Source: Blepharisma stoltei ATCC 30299 (lineage: Eukaryota > Protista > Ciliophora). From it: a stretch of 64,000 nucleotides of DNA. Below are positions 50,255 through 63,991 of this stretch, piece by piece; the stretch's first letter is position 1; each line of letters starts with the position of its first letter. The notes under the pieces were generated by a model. The model saw only the letters and a list, made by a program, of their open reading frames with translations. It was not told where the DNA came from and did no database searches. The DNA lies in contig CBFDEM010000024.1 in NCBI GenBank assembly GCA_965603825.1, forward strand, positions 558,001 to 622,000, in the 5' to 3' direction. The position numbers were made by a program, and so were the translations under genes.

Positions 50255-53200
50255 ATGGTTTCAAGGCATGAAGAACTCATGAAAGCTCTTGGAGACGATG
50301 ATTTCGATCCAAACTTACTTTCAGACCCTAACTACGTTGACACCATCCTAAAAGGTGACGAAGAAATCGCAAAAATCCTTAAAAAAAATGAAATGACATC
50401 TCAGTCACCAAAAACTTCATATTCCCATAGGTTCACACAAGATCGACCGGAAGACCCATCCTCGAATAAAGAAAAGCTAGAGTCGCTACTGCAGGGTGAT
50501 CGGTCTACTCAACAAGTGCCTATTGAGACTGTTGACCCATTAGATTTGATACATAAAAAGGAGCTAGAAGATGCATCAAAAACAGAAAAAATCTTGACTA
50601 ATTCTTTAGATGTAAAGAGGCAATATACAGCAAGCAAGCTCCCTGTCATAAAATTCGAAGAGCTCACCCTAGTCTCCAAAAAAATTGCCCCGACTGCAGG
50701 CTACAGTACAGGTCTCCCAACCGCCTTAACAGCTTCAAAACATTTAATAGTAGTCGGTAACACCCATGGAATAATGATGTCTTTTTCCCACGACGGCCAA
50801 GAGCTAAAATCAATGCGCCCAGGCAAAGAAAACTTCGGCGCCGTGACCTGCATCGACATCACAGAAGATGAACAATACGCTATCGCTGGCTACCACCTCG
50901 GCCAAGTCGCTTTATGGGACTTACGCTCTGGAAACTGCATAAAAGCCTCCAACAACTTCCACAAATCCCCAATTTTATCAATAAAATTTTGAAAAAAAGT
51001 AAAAACATATGCAATTTCAGCTGATGCCACAGGAAAAGTCAACCTTTTAGAGTACGGGAAATCGTTCCTATCGACAAAAGTAAACGCCCATACACTATTT
51101 ACTAATGAAATAGGGGTTTGTGTGACCATAGAAGTGCTTTATTCTGATCCTTACTTGCCTCACCCATGTGACCAAGCTACAATTATTGCTATAGGCAGCA
51201 TGAATTTTGTAGTAATTTATTCTATTGAGCCTGAGCTGAATTGTATTTTTAGGATGGCAAGACCTGATAATGTAGTCCTAGGTGCTGTGCCTTGTGTAAG
51301 CTGAAAAGTAGCAATAGGTCCTGACGATGAACAGCCAACTGACCCAATTTTGGCAATTGCATGGGGACAAAAAATTGTCCTTTACAAATTAAGGCTCCCT
51401 ACAAAAGAAGGGATCCAAATTTCAGGGTTTTTAGATATGGACACAGAAATAAAAAGCCTTATTTGGCTGAGCCATGATATGCTATTTGTGATGGGAAATT
51501 CTAGAGAAATAAGAATTGCTAACACCAAAGGGTTTTCTAGGAGGGAAAAAGAACCGAGTAGAAATGCGATACTAGAAGATACATATGTGAATAGAGATTT
51601 AGCAATCCAGGCTTATATAAGAGACGAGAGTGGCAAAGAAAGATATACGTTCCATAACTCAGTTAAGGCATTTGAAAGGGTTGTTTTTATATTGGGAAAC
51701 AGACAGTTCCATAAAGGGAGACTTTTAAATTGGAAAGAATGCATAGAAACGCTGACCTCGAAAGGGGAATGGCTTGATGTGCTATCTCTAGGGCTGGATG
51801 TGTATCAAGGGAAAGGAAAAAAATTGTATGGAGTTCCAAGTAATAAAAATGAGTTGAGGAAATCATTGGAAAAAGTTATAACAGACTATGTGAAGCTAGG
51901 AACTGTATCTTGGGAATTCAAAATTTCTAATTCAATAGAATTCTGCATTGGAATTGAAGCATTTGAATTACTTTTTAACCAATTATTCGACTTTTTTGTA
52001 GGCCAAGGGACACAGCAAGAAAACCAAAGGTTCTTTATGGACACTCTAGAGCCATTTATCTTGAATCATTATATAAAATCTATACCTATCAGCGTATTAG
52101 GTAAAATCATTGCGTATTACATAAACATGCAAAAGCCTGACACTGTAGAAAAAATTTTATTAAACCTAGACCCCACAACTATTGATCCCCGCCAAGTAAT
52201 TCCAGTCTGTGAAGAATACAACTTATTAACAGCCTACATATTCATCAACACAAATTCCACTCTACAATCCTTCGTCAACCCCTTAAAAAAAATCTATAAA
52301 ACCTTAACCAAACAGGAAGACCCCAAATCCAAAAGATATTTTGCTTATAAATTAATATGGTATTTACGACTTTGTCTTAAAGGAGAAACTTTTCCATCAG
52401 GAAAAATCCTTAATGATATATGGGGAAAAGTTATTATTGGAGTAATCGGCTGACTATTAAAAAGAAAACATTTACAAACTTTAATAGACATCGACGCCCC
52501 GACCACACTAAATGTCTTATGGATGGCTTTTTCTGAAAAATTCCCGTCAAATTTACTATCACAAAAACGTGATAATAATATTACTCATAGAGAAATCCTG
52601 GATAGGCTTGAACAGGTCTGTCTCCCGAATTCCCCAACTTTTCAGCATTTTACACTTTTTATAGCAAAAGCTGCATCTATCAATCAATCAATTATTTCTA
52701 AACAAATTTGTGTAAAAACAGCGAAATACCTAATGCAGCCTTTACAAGCCCGCAGACCACAGGCAGCAATTCCTATGACATCTTCAATTGATAATTATTT
52801 GACTGTGACTTCGTTAAATGAAGGCAGCGAGTTTCAGCTCAACACTGAGTACACAATTGAAGAAAAAGGATCTTTGATCTTAAAAATGCTGAAAACATGC
52901 GGAGAACTTACTAGTGACGAAATTGATGACCTGTTTAGGGTCGCTGTGAATTCGCCTTATATAGAAGTGCTTGTATATTTGCAAGAGCTTAAAAAAGAAT
53001 ACGCAAATTGTTTAAGCGCATTTATCCATTCAGAAAAAATTGAAATAAAGAGAAAAGTGTTTGATTGGCTCGCTGATGCTTTTGCAAAGCTAAATGAAAG
53101 TGAGCTAGAAGTTCTGAAAACAAGAGTTATGGACTGGCTTAATATTTTGGTCGAAATTGATAGTGATAGGACTGCAAAAATTGTAAGAGATTGGTTTAGT

Positions 53201-54199
53201 AATGAACAGCAAAATATTATACATAAACTTGATAGTGCTCCACAGCTGCAGATGAAATATCTAGGAGAGCTAGTTAAAGGGTCTGCAAAGGATACCTTGG
53301 ACCATAATTTAATTATTCAGTACATCAGATTGTTATGTGAGTTGCAGCCTGATCAAGTTTTAGAATTTCTAATGGTAAGAGAAGACTATTCACTGGACGA
53401 CGCCCTTGATATTTGTATGAACTACAAGGTAGCAGACGCAGCTGCATTTTTACACGAAAGATTAGGCTCAGTTCGAGACGCCCTCGACATCATGCTTGAA
53501 CTAGTCCACAAAAAGCAGACAAGTTTGCTTAATAAAATTAGCAGCAAAGACCATGTATCTGATACATCAATTCAAGAACTTAATAAAGACTTTGATGAAG
53601 CTATAAAGCTTTGTATGAGAAGCTCAAAAAGAGAAGACGCTGTAGATATGGAAGAGCATTGGTTCAGTCTCCTAAACAAAGCCTTGGTCTCTTATAAGCA
53701 ATTTTTACCTTACTTTAAAAACCATCAAAAACTAGAAATTATGGTGCAGTCAAGCATCAAAGAAATTTTAGATAATATGATGGACATAGTAGATTTTGAT
53801 AAAATTATCGCCCACATCGTCACAAACTTCGGGGATATTCCATTCAGATACTTCAAGGAAAACATTGTAGGGGTCTTATCAAGATATTCATACCAAAAAA
53901 ACATTGTAAGAAAAGCTACAAATTTGCTTAATAATGATATAAGAAATATGACTCAAGAGCTATTGCTATTAAGAAGCAAAGGAGTTTGCAGTAAAGATTT
54001 TACATGCTCATACTGTGGCTTGACTATTCAGTCTGAAGACCTATTAAAAGGCCACGATGAAAAACTCCTTCTATTTATCTGCGGGCACACCTATCATGGC
54101 CGGTGCTCCAAAAGAAGAGAATGTGAAGCTTGCCGCAAAGAAGAAAACCGAAAAGGAAAATTCATGAGTGCCACAGCTGCCCAGTCAAGAAATAAATAA
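50255..54199 (+). CDS. VPS8: Vacuolar protein sorting 8-like (CORVET subunit): WD40, alpha-solenoid/CHCR, C-terminal RING; 1314 aa
   Basis: ORFs 50063, 51122, 51350 and 52523 share one frame joined by TGA (50990, 51302, 52451). Motifs GAVTCIDI..GQVALWDL, AIAWG, IEFCI..FMDTLEPFIL..EKILLNLDP, AAFLHERLG, C-x2-C...CGHTYH..C...C-x2-C. Confidence 0.88.
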
Positions 54200-54246
54200 T
54201 AATCCCTTTGCAATATGGTAAAATTCTTAAATTAAAAAATTTATAA

Positions 54247-55155
54247 ATGAAGAAAAATGGGCTTGATCGGCCGTATCACCCTTTGCAGGTTTTATCATGA
54301 ATTGGCATGACTTTTTCCTCAGTTCTTTTTTACACTGTATATTTGCCTTATCTCCCTAGTGACTCATTAATAATCATCATTATCCTATACACTTTTACAC
54401 TAATTGGAACTCTTTATAGTGGAATTCGCTGTACCATTAGCAACCCTACAGATCCATATGTCCAGAAAAGCAAGTCTGGGGAATGGGTTCAGCCTTCAAG
54501 TCAAAGATGCTCACTATGCAATGCATATACAATGATAAAAAGCAAGCATTGTGCAAGGTGCTGCCGTTGTGTAAACGGCTTCGACCATCATTGCAAGTGG
54601 CTTAATAATTGTATTGGCAGCAAAAATTATAAGTGATTTTTTAATTTAATTGCCTTTTGCACGATGATGTCACTTACACAGGCAGGCTCTGGAGTATATA
54701 TATTTATTGATGTTTTAACGAGTGGAGATACAGGAAAAATGATTAAAAATAGATACAATGCGGATGATATTGGAAAATATAGCTTAATTGGACTAATTTT
54801 TGTGGCTTCTTTATTATGTCTCCTCGTGAGCATATTTTTGGCACACCTTTTTATTTTTCATGTTTATTTGCATTATTTAGGGCTTACCACTTATGATTAT
54901 ATTTTGATGAAAAAAGAAAAAACCGCAGGAAAAGTGCAAGTGAATAGCGTTAATATGACAATGGATACTTCATTTGGAGAAGAACACCAGAGAAAAGTTG
55001 TCGTTATGGAGGAATCTCCTATAATAAAACGCATAATGCAAAGCAAAGCAAAAAAAGCAAGAATTACACCCTTCAAGCATCTTGATATCAAATGTGTTAC
55101 CCACCGAATTATAGATTTCAAAGAACAGGATGTGGATTCTTTTAGATCTGTGTAA
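54247..55155 (+). CDS. DHHC protein S-acyltransferase (ZDHHC1/11-like N-terminus)
   Basis: [52 protein letters not shown]...[11 protein letters not shown]=Trp at 54298 and 54634 joins two ORFs. Confidence 0.92.
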
Positions 55156-55188
55156 TATTGTAACTAATTTAGAAAAATTTCAAATAAA

Positions 55189-55746
55189 ATGGAAAATCGT
55201 TTTCTTCTGAGATACCCTGAAAAAGAGCAGTTCAACCAGTACTGGTATTCAGACAGAACCTTAAAAGCACTTGTTGACGAAGCTGACGAGCTATTTTCAC
55301 AAGGATTTACAAGGATTGCATGCTTGTCGACTCCTTCACTATACTTTTCAATGACAGAAAAATCAAGAGAGAATTCTTATCTGTTTGACATTGACCGGGC
55401 ATTTCAAAGAGATAAAGGATTTGTTTATTATGATTTCAATTTCCCCGAAAATCTTGGCCCAGCTTTGGAAAAGACCTTTGATGCTATCGTTGTAGATCCT
55501 CCTTTTATTACTCGGGATGTATGGGAGAAGTATGCAAGAGCTGTCAAATTTTTACTTAAGGATGGAGGAAGAATTATTGTAAGCTCTATTGATGAAAATG
55601 CTCAGATGCTAAACGAATTGTTAAACATAGAAAAACAAGTTTTTCAGCCCTCAATTCCACATTTGGTTTACCAGTATTCATTTTTCACTAATTACAACTC
55701 GCCAAGATTTCAAGAAAAAAATCCTGAAATTCCAGATGATTATTAG
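55189..55746 (+). CDS. EEF1AKMT1: EEF1A lysine methyltransferase 1 (N6AMT2/Efm5 family)
   Basis: QFNQYWYSDRT, RIACLSTPSLY, LFDIDRAF, FVYYDFN.P, FDAIVVDPPF, Y..FTNY. Confidence 0.85.
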   Translation: MENRFLLRYPEKEQFNQYWYSDRTLKALVDEADELFSQGFTRIACLSTPSLYFSMTEKSRENSYLFDIDRAFQRDKGFVYYDFNFPENLGPALEKTFDAIVVDPPFITRDVWEKYARAVKFLLKDGGRIIVSSIDENAQMLNELLNIEKQVFQPSIPHLVYQYSFFTNYNSPRFQEKNPEIPDDY

Positions 55747-55756
55747 ATAAAAATAG

Positions 55757-56380
55757 TTATAAATAAAGACTTATAAAACTCTTTCTTACATCCTTCACGA
55801 ATCTCGCAAAATCATTTGTTTGGTTCAAGTTGTGGAGAAGAGGATAGATTTGAGGCAAATTAGGGGTACATTTTACTATTTCATAAGCATTAGTTGAGTC
55901 ACTGATATGGAGTGTCACACTATGCTCGACTTCGTCGAGCTCTCTCTTGATGAATTCATAAGAAATTCTCAAACTAGAGTTAGGAAGCCGCTTTAACGAG
56001 AGCCCAAATCTGAATTGATAATAATTCAAAGCTTTTCCTAATTCTTTAGTAATATGTTCCGCTTCCTTTATTTTTTGTCTCAAATTATTCTTCGTCTGTG
56101 CTTTATTTTCTTGCCCAGATGAATCAGTGGAATTTACTGGGAATTCTTTTTCCATATCTTTGATTTGCCCTTTAAGGAAGCTTATTGCTGCTTCTTCGCC
56201 TTCTATATTAGCTTTAAGCCTTTCTAGCTGGTTTGTTAAAGAATCAATATCAGCTTCATATGCGGCTAAGCGGTTTTCGTTATAGAGAAGCACACTTTCT
56301 CTATAAATTTGAAGGACTGTTTCGACTTCTGGAAGTATTGATTCCCGAAGTCTTTGGGAGGCTCCTGACACCGTTTCCAT
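55757..56380 (-). CDS. SPC25: Kinetochore NDC80-complex subunit Spc25-like
   Basis: N-terminal coiled coil followed by an RWD-like domain: YYQFRFGLSL...LRISYEFI...YEIVKCTPNL...LLHNLNQTNDFARFVKDVRKSF. Confidence 0.8.
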   Translation of the reverse strand: METVSGASQRLRESILPEVETVLQIYRESVLLYNENRLAAYEADIDSLTNQLERLKANIEGEEAAISFLKGQIKDMEKEFPVNSTDSSGQENKAQTKNNLRQKIKEAEHITKELGKALNYYQFRFGLSLKRLPNSSLRISYEFIKRELDEVEHSVTLHISDSTNAYEIVKCTPNLPQIYPLLHNLNQTNDFARFVKDVRKSFISLYL

Positions 56381-56488
56381 TTGAATTTGAATTATGAAAA
56401 TTTCATCATTTTTCTTATAATTTTAAGTTGAGATATTTTATAAAAAATAAAAGCGCTTATATATTAATAATAAATTTTATATAAACAA

Positions 56489-58300
56489 TTAGGTTTTCAA
56501 AGGGCTGTCTATGGCCGCTGCTGATTTTATCATTCCAATAACATCTTCTTGGCTTGGCATATAATTTATCTTTACACGGGTTCCGTACCTTGAAGAAGTT
56601 CTAGAATGCTGTGCAGTATTTTTTCCTGAAGTTTTTTCAATAATTTTCTCTTCTACAGCTGTAGGTTCTCTCATAGTCTCAATATAATTTTTCATCGCAT
56701 TTTGCAGATATATAGAAATTAATGATTTTTTTGATTCTTGTGGAATATTAATGAGTTTGTTTATAATAGTTTTCGATTTTTTAGTTTTTCGCTTACGATT
56801 CATTACTTTCTTTACGATATTGTCTATTGTTTTGTTTCACAGATGATTTATTTTATTTAATCTTTTATTTTTGGTTTTCTGATAAGTTTTTCAAGAGCTT
56901 TGTATAAATAAAATTTTTGAAAGAAAATTAATAAAATAGGCTGGAAGCTTAAAATTGATGGAACTGTGGTAATTCGCTATTAAAATTTGCCGCTTTACTT
57001 TAGCAAGCAGAAAAGTTCTGGCATGGGCTCCATAAAATAATAGAGCATTTCGAGCTCTTCTCATATTGAGGTCTTGAACTGGGACTTGCTTAATGTATTT
57101 TTTCCAAGCATTTTGAAAAGTAATGACGGCAAATAATGATTTTAAATTAGTTTTTGCTATTGATTTCCTTTTTTCTAGTTTTTCTTTGAAAATAATAATA
57201 GATTTACAGAAATGCATCAAGCTTAGTCATCTCTTGCCAAATTCATGCTTTACATGGTGAATTTTATATACTTTTTCAACCTGATTATATAATGTTTTCC
57301 TTATTTCGCTCTTTTTTATCAAAATTTCCCCTCGAATTTTTCGTTCAGCTAAAATTTCATGGTGTCTGGAAACCACATTTCTCCGTCGGCTTTCTGAAAT
57401 GTCCCTTCTTTCTGTTACAAAATCGTTTAGCCTTTGGCAAGACTGTGCTCTTTGTATATTTCGTTTTACAAAATTAATAGAATGCATAGCACTTTCTTGT
57501 TTTTTGAATTTCCTATCAAGAGAATCTTCTTCTAAATATACAGGAGTTTGCTTATTAGTTTGGTTTAAATATTCTTCCTCTTTATCTCTTCTTTTAAATA
57601 ATTCGCAGGCGTCTTTAGAAATTATTCTTCCGAAATTGATACCAATTATAAAGCTGCAAGTCTCGCTTGATGTAATATTCAAGCAAATTCTTTGTGTAGC
57701 GAAATTTAATTCACGCAATCCAGAATCGCTAATCTCAAACTCATCCCGTGTATAAACTGCATCATGCTGGTCAGAGTCAGGAAATTGCACTTTTCTTGAA
57801 ATGTAAGTTGTTAGCATTTTCTTCCCAATTTTTCGTTCAATTTTGATTTTCAGCGGGATTGGCTTATTTTCTGAAAATATCGTAAAAAGTTGGGATTCAC
57901 CTTCTTCTAGGTGAATATAATTTAGTCGTCCTTCTTCTAAGATAACCCTTCTTTGTCCGTAATTTGCATTGTTTATGATTTTGTCTAGCTCTTTTATGAT
58001 TTTATTGAACTCAAGAGGCTTAAGGGATATGGTGCCGGGGTCTTTTATTGTTTTTAAGCTCATCCTGCTGATGCTTTCACTTTTCCTTAATGCTTTTCGG
58101 TTTTCTCTTTCAGAAATGCTTGCCGAATCATCATTTAATTTTTCAAGAATTGAATTATCGAATTTTACATTTGATAAGGTCCTTCTTGTAACTGGAATGG
58201 GCTTTATGATTTCTTTTTCTGTAATAAACGTGCTAAAAGTATCTGATTTGTGATGGAACCAGGGACTGCTGGAATACATAACATGTGAATATTTATTCAT
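56489..58300 (-). CDS. Hypothetical protein, 603 aa, with IQ-like motifs
   Basis: Three ORFs in one frame, separated only by TGA (checked by hand). FQNAWKKY and IQSSWKTY resemble IQ motifs. Confidence 0.75.
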
Positions 58301-58855
58301 AAAATTTCATAATTAAATATTTTATGTTAACCTTATTCGAAGCTGCTACTTAGATATATATATTTTTTATTAAAACAATTTAAAATGAAAAATTTGGTTC
58401 AAACTTTATAGTCTGAAATTTTTCTTTCTTTTAAAAACAAGATAGATACCTTACAAATGTTTTAATTAATATTATAATTGTAAACATTAAGAATAGTAAG
58501 CATGATAAAATATCTTTGGCTAACTTTAAATTGAAATAATATAATAGAAGAAAGTTTAGTTTTTTATTAACTGCTATTTCTCGCACTATCTATCAATTTT
58601 AAGATGAATAAAGTAAGATATCATTGCTAAAAATCATGAATAGAAGCCATTTCCTTTAATTTATAATTTATTTGGAATTTAGATAGCCGTTTTCAGATAC
58701 TTTCTAACACTTTTCCAGTCAGCAGACACTGTACACTTATAAGATATAAAAGAATAGTCAGCTAATATAATGTATCAATGTTTGTAAATAAGTAAAACAG
58801 TAGCTAATAAGTGCTAAAAATAATTCATTGGTCTTTCATTATATATTTATTTTAG

Positions 58856-61800
58856 ATGAAGGCAGTATTTGCTTACGACAAGGCTAATATATTTCAAGAC
58901 CTTTTTATGTCCTGGGCTTACCAGCCACTTCAATTCTGAACTAAAAACAAGCCAAATCCTTCAAATGTTGTTGAAATCCCTGAAAGGATCAAGTTTGAAT
59001 CGTCAGCAGAAAGGCTTGAAAAAGAATGGGAAAAAGAATCCAAAAATAAAAACCCAAGCTTTTATAGAGCTTTATGGCAAGCAGTAGGCTGGGATTATAC
59101 AAAATATTCACTAGTAGGGATAATTGGCTTTAATTTGGGACTGATCCAAGCAATTATACTTATTTACATCGTAGATTATATCCACGATGATAACGCAGAT
59201 ATAGTAGATGGACTTATCCTTGCAGCAATTTTTACGATTGTGACGCTGCTATGCTTTTATATATTCCATTGGGGTCATTTTTCTGTCCGCATGCTAATCT
59301 CCAGAATAAAAGCAATAGTTCCTTATGTGATTTATAAAAAAGTGCTGAAAACTTCTTTTTGGGAGATTTCAAAAGGAGACTATAAAGGGATGATCCCAAA
59401 TTTAATAGCAGCTGAGCTAGAATTTCTGCATGGCCTAGTCCCTACAATGATGATTTTAGCAGCTCCAACCTTCTGCATTGGTTCCTTTGTGATCATTGGA
59501 CTCTTAATAGGATGGGAAGGCATGCTAGGCTTGGTCATTGTGATTCTTCATTTTCCTATTATTTTACTATACTCAGACGCAGCTGGGAAATACAGGGCAA
59601 AAGTTACAGCCCATACAGATAGAAGGCTAAAAATGATCACAAATTTAATAGAAGGAATCAGAGTGGTCAAGCTTTATGGGATGGAAGACCAATATTTAGA
59701 GCTTATAAAGAAAGAGCGCAGAGAGGAAATTAAGGAAAAGTTCAATATTTATAGCGTTTATGCTGTAAATACCACAATTGGGTTCGCTGGTATCGCTTTG
59801 GTGTTTTTGGTCACTTTTTCGCTTTATGTACATTTTGGGAATACGCTGGAAGCTGACACACTATTTTGTGTCGTCACTTTGCTTATATTAAATTACAATT
59901 TATCATGCAAAATGAGCGTTTTAGCATTTTACACCTTAATAATGATCAAAATGACTATGGAAAGAGCCACAAAAGTACTATTATTGACTGACAAGACTTA
60001 TTTCCCTAATCTTGATAGCAGTAAAGAGCTTGCGGTTTCAGTCAAAAATGCAACTTTTGCTTACTCAGACAAAATCCCAGAAGACGACTTATCAGAGCCT
60101 ACCGATAATTTGCTGAAAAAAGAGAAAACACAAGTAACAGCTATAAATGACTTGAATTTTGAATTAAAACCTGGAGAATTAATGATTGTTATTGGTTCTG
60201 TTGGGAGCGGAAAAAGCAGCTTATTACTAGGTCTACTCCAAGAAATATATATCCTTAAAGGAAGTGTTAATTATAGCGGAAAATTCGCATACACCGGCCA
60301 AAGTCCTTGGATTATATCAGGCACAATAAAAGAAAACGTCATCATGGACAACCCTTTCAACGAAGAATTTTATAATGCCGTCCTCAAGGCTTGTGGACTA
60401 GAAATGGATTTAGCCCAACTCTCCTCAGGCGATGAAACTCTTATAGGCGACAATGGTGCTACCTTAAGTGGAGGCCAAAAAGCCAGAATCAGCTTAGCCA
60501 GGGCTGTATACTCCAACAAAGATATTATCCTTCTTGATGACCCCCTCAGTGCTGTTGATGCCAAAGTATCCTCCCACATTTTCACACAGTGTATTAAAGA
60601 CTTCCTCAAAGGCAAAACCGTCATTTTGGTCACCCATCAAGTCCACACCATTTCTCAAGCTGACAAAATCCTGGTCCTCTACCAAGGCAAGCAGCTGTTT
60701 TTCGGGACAAATGAAGAACTTAATGACAGAGATGACTTAAAGCTAATCCTAAAAGAGCTAGGAAAGCTCCAAGAAATAGAGCCGGACAAAGAGCTTGTAG
60801 AAGCCAAAGTAATAAAGCACGTGGACAAAGGAGAAAAAGCTGTGAGCTTGCAAGAGGACGAAAAGTCACTGAAAGATATTTCAGCCAAAACTTATTATGA
60901 ATTTCTAAGATATGGGTATACGACCATATGGAGTTTTTCACTTTTGGTGATAGTGCTGCTTTTGACACAGGCAGTTTCCTCAGCCCCAGTTATATGGCTT
61001 GTGATATGGACTAATGAATCTGAGGAAGACCAAGAAGAAATGATAAATATCTGGATTTTTTGCGCAATTGTGCTTATTGTGTATATTTTTACATATATTA
61101 GGTATTGGATATTGGTGTATGGGATAACGATAGGAGGCGAAAAATTGCACAATAAAGCACTTGAAGGCATTGCTAAGACTGAGTCGGTTTATTTTGATAA
61201 AAACCAGTCAGGGAGGATGATGAATAGGTTTTCGAAAGACACGTTTTTGATGGATGAGTGCTTTCCGTTTTTCTTTTATGAATTTTTGTTTGGGCTAATT
61301 GAGTTTGTAGCAGTGCTGATTATTATTAGCATTTTTATCCTACCGAATATAGCTGTGGTGCTGCTGTATGCTATATATGTGTATTGACTGTCAAGACTAA
61401 TTGTTCCTATCACTAAAATCCTTAGAGAAATTGAGCTAGCGTCAAAAAGTCCAATTTTAACATTATCTTCAGCTACAATAAATGGGATTGCTACTATCAG
61501 ATCTTTAAATTTGCAAAACAAATTCACTGCAGATATGAAAGCAGCAATTGAGTACAACCTTAAATGCAATATTAGTGTCGAGCTCGTACTAAGGTTTTAT
61601 ACAATTCATATGGCTCTTGGAGCGGCTATGATATGCATTCTTAATGGATTTATAGTAGTCACTTACAAAGATTATATAGATGAAAGCCTAGCCGCTATGT
61701 GCATTTGCTTACTTATAAGCTGGGCTACCTATTGTTTCTGGTCTGAATGTCTAATTGAGTCCAACAATCTGATGGCTTCACCTCAAAGACTTATGGAATA

Positions 61801-62620
61801 TGCTGAACTGCCACCAGAAGGCGAATTCGACAATGATGTTCCTTTTGTAGTCAGCAAAGGAAAAATCGAAATTAAGGATTTATTTATGAAATACCAAGAA
61901 AATTTGTCTTATGCGCTGCACGATTTAAATATCACTATAAATCCTGGACAAAAAGTAGGCATCGTAGGTAGGACTGGGTCAGGCAAAACTTCTATTATGC
62001 AAGTATTGTTTAGGCTCATAAATCCATCATCTGGTACTATTTATATTGACGACCAAGACTATAGGATGGTTGGACTGCACAAATTGCGCAAGCAGATGTC
62101 AGTGATACCTCAGAATCCTATTATTTTTATATCAAGTTTCCGAGACAATATCGATCCTTTCCACGAATACTCTGAAGAAGATATCATAAAAGCCTGCAAG
62201 CAGGCTAGTTTAGGAGATCTAATCAATTCTTTACCAAATGGTCTCGAAACAATGTTTACTGGCGATAGCGTCAATTTATCAGAAGGAGAAAAACAGCTAG
62301 TCTGCCTCGCAAGAGCTTTTATAAGGAACAATAAAATTGTCGTCATGGATGAGGCAACGGCCAATGTTGACCAGAAAACAGACAAAATAATCCACGACAA
62401 AATAAAAAGCACTTTTATTAGTAGCACATTGCTAATAATTGCGCATAGACTAAGGACTATCATTGATAGTGATATGATCATTGTGATGGAAGATGGGACT
62501 TGTAAAGAAAAGGGGACGCCAAAAGAGCTTGGAGAGAATCAAGATTCGCTGTTTAGAAGCTTGATTCTGCATACTGGGCCTGAAGAATCACAACATTTGC
62601 TTGGAAGCTTAGGGGTTTAA
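58856..62620 (+). CDS. ABC transporter, ABCC/MRP4-like short form (TMD-NBD-TMD-NBD), 1254 aa
   Basis: Single frame from ATG 58856 (YDKANIFQDLFMSW lasso-like motif) with TGA=Trp. GSVGSGKSS, LSGGQKARI, LLDDPLSAVD; GRTGSGKTS, LSEGEKQL, MDEATANVD, IAHRL. Confidence 0.95.
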
Positions 62621-62914
62621 ATTTAAATTAATATTTTTTGCTAGTAATTTTGGAAGTTAATATTGGGGATAATAGAAAGTTAAAAAGGCAATAATAAAGG
62701 CTAAGAAATTTCTTAACTAAAATGCCAGAAATATTTAAAGCGCTTGATTGATGGAAGATTCGAACCATTCTTATCAGATAATAATTTTTATCTAGAATAT
62801 TTTTTCAAATATTTAGTAAAATTTGCAGTTGTATAGTAGTATTCAAATTGCAGATTAGCTACATTAGTCGAATAAATCATTATTATAGCTTTAAATAAAT
62901 TTAATATTATTAAA

Positions 62915-63991
62915 TTAGTAAAAAAGTACTTTGGTATTTTTATGCACCTCTATCTCACACCCATATGCATTCCCACCAATAAACACTTTTCCTAGCTGAG
63001 GCATTTTCACAAATTTTTTCGATAAATATGCGATTCCTCCCTTCCCTAAATAATTATCAGACAAATTAAGAGAGCCTAAGTTGCTCAGTTTATCCAAGGA
63101 TTTAGACAAACAGATAGCTCCATTAACAGTAATCATGTTGGCACTAAGAGATAGCTCATTTAAACATAAAAGACTTGGAAAAGCCTTAATTAAATGAGAA
63201 ACACCTTCATCTCCTAATGAATTTGCAGTCAAATACAATGACTTTAAATTTTCAAGAGCGCTTAAAGCAGCTGATAAATGAGCAGCTCCATCTGGACCAA
63301 TGTTATTTGACCTTAAATTCAATAATTCTAGTGTAGTGCAATCTTTAAGCCCTTTAGCTAAATGCAAAACTCCACTTGGTCCAATATTTTTACTATCCAA
63401 ATTCAAAATTTTTAAATTTGATGTATATGATAATAGAAATCCTAAATGTTGACAGTCAAGTGGCTTAGGGTTATTATTTAAGGTCAAATTGTTAAGCTCT
63501 CCACGGCTTTCTAAAACTTGTTTATATATTTGTCTGACTTCTGAGTTCATAGTCTGCTCAGTCCTTCTGTAGTAATTACTAACAGGCTTTAAATTTTCAG
63601 GCAAAGTTACGTCAGCAGAAGACTGCACAAATCCGACTGTGAGATGCATCAAATTATTTATGTCAAATTTAAAATTCAACACTTCAAGATGGGCTCGGAA
63701 AATTGATGATGAAGGCATATGAATAGGAAAATTCAAGGCATCTGGGAGCTGGCTGCCAAATTCTATTAGCTTTATAGCCTCTTCAATTAAAAATATTTTA
63801 GATTCAACCATACTTGTTGCTGCCGAATGAAACGAGTCTGCTTGAGCCCTAATTTTAGATATAAGCTCATTTACAGCCTGGTCTATTTGCTGAGGAAGCT
63901 CATCATTCATAAAATCATGCAAACGTTTGTGCTCTGAGATAAGCAGAGATTGCATGTCAATTACACCTTGAAGACTTGATAAAGATGCCAT
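62915..63991 (-). CDS. Leucine-rich repeat protein (RNI-like, 28-aa repeats)
   Basis: Repeated L..L.L..N.IG..G...L...L units in the C-terminal half, e.g. LELLNLRSNNIGPDGAAHLSAAL. Confidence 0.88.
   Translation of the reverse strand: MASLSSLQGVIDMQSLLISEHKRLHDFMNDELPQQIDQAVNELISKIRAQADSFHSAATSMVESKIFLIEEAIKLIEFGSQLPDALNFPIHMPSSSIFRAHLEVLNFKFDINNLMHLTVGFVQSSADVTLPENLKPVSNYYRRTEQTMNSEVRQIYKQVLESRGELNNLTLNNNPKPLDCQHLGFLLSYTSNLKILNLDSKNIGPSGVLHLAKGLKDCTTLELLNLRSNNIGPDGAAHLSAALSALENLKSLYLTANSLGDEGVSHLIKAFPSLLCLNELSLSANMITVNGAICLSKSLDKLSNLGSLNLSDNYLGKGGIAYLSKKFVKMPQLGKVFIGGNAYGCEIEVHKNTKVLFY

Noticed and set aside
55189-55746. DNA N6-adenine methyltransferase because of the DPPF motif
   Set aside because: The QYWYS, ACLSTPS and YDFN motifs fit the Efm5/EEF1AKMT1 protein-lysine methyltransferase family, which also carries DPP(F/Y).
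60370-62481. Multiple short antisense and alternative-frame ORFs within the ABCC gene (and similar ones within IMP4, UGDH and others)
   Set aside because: They overlap well-supported genes and carry no independent motifs.
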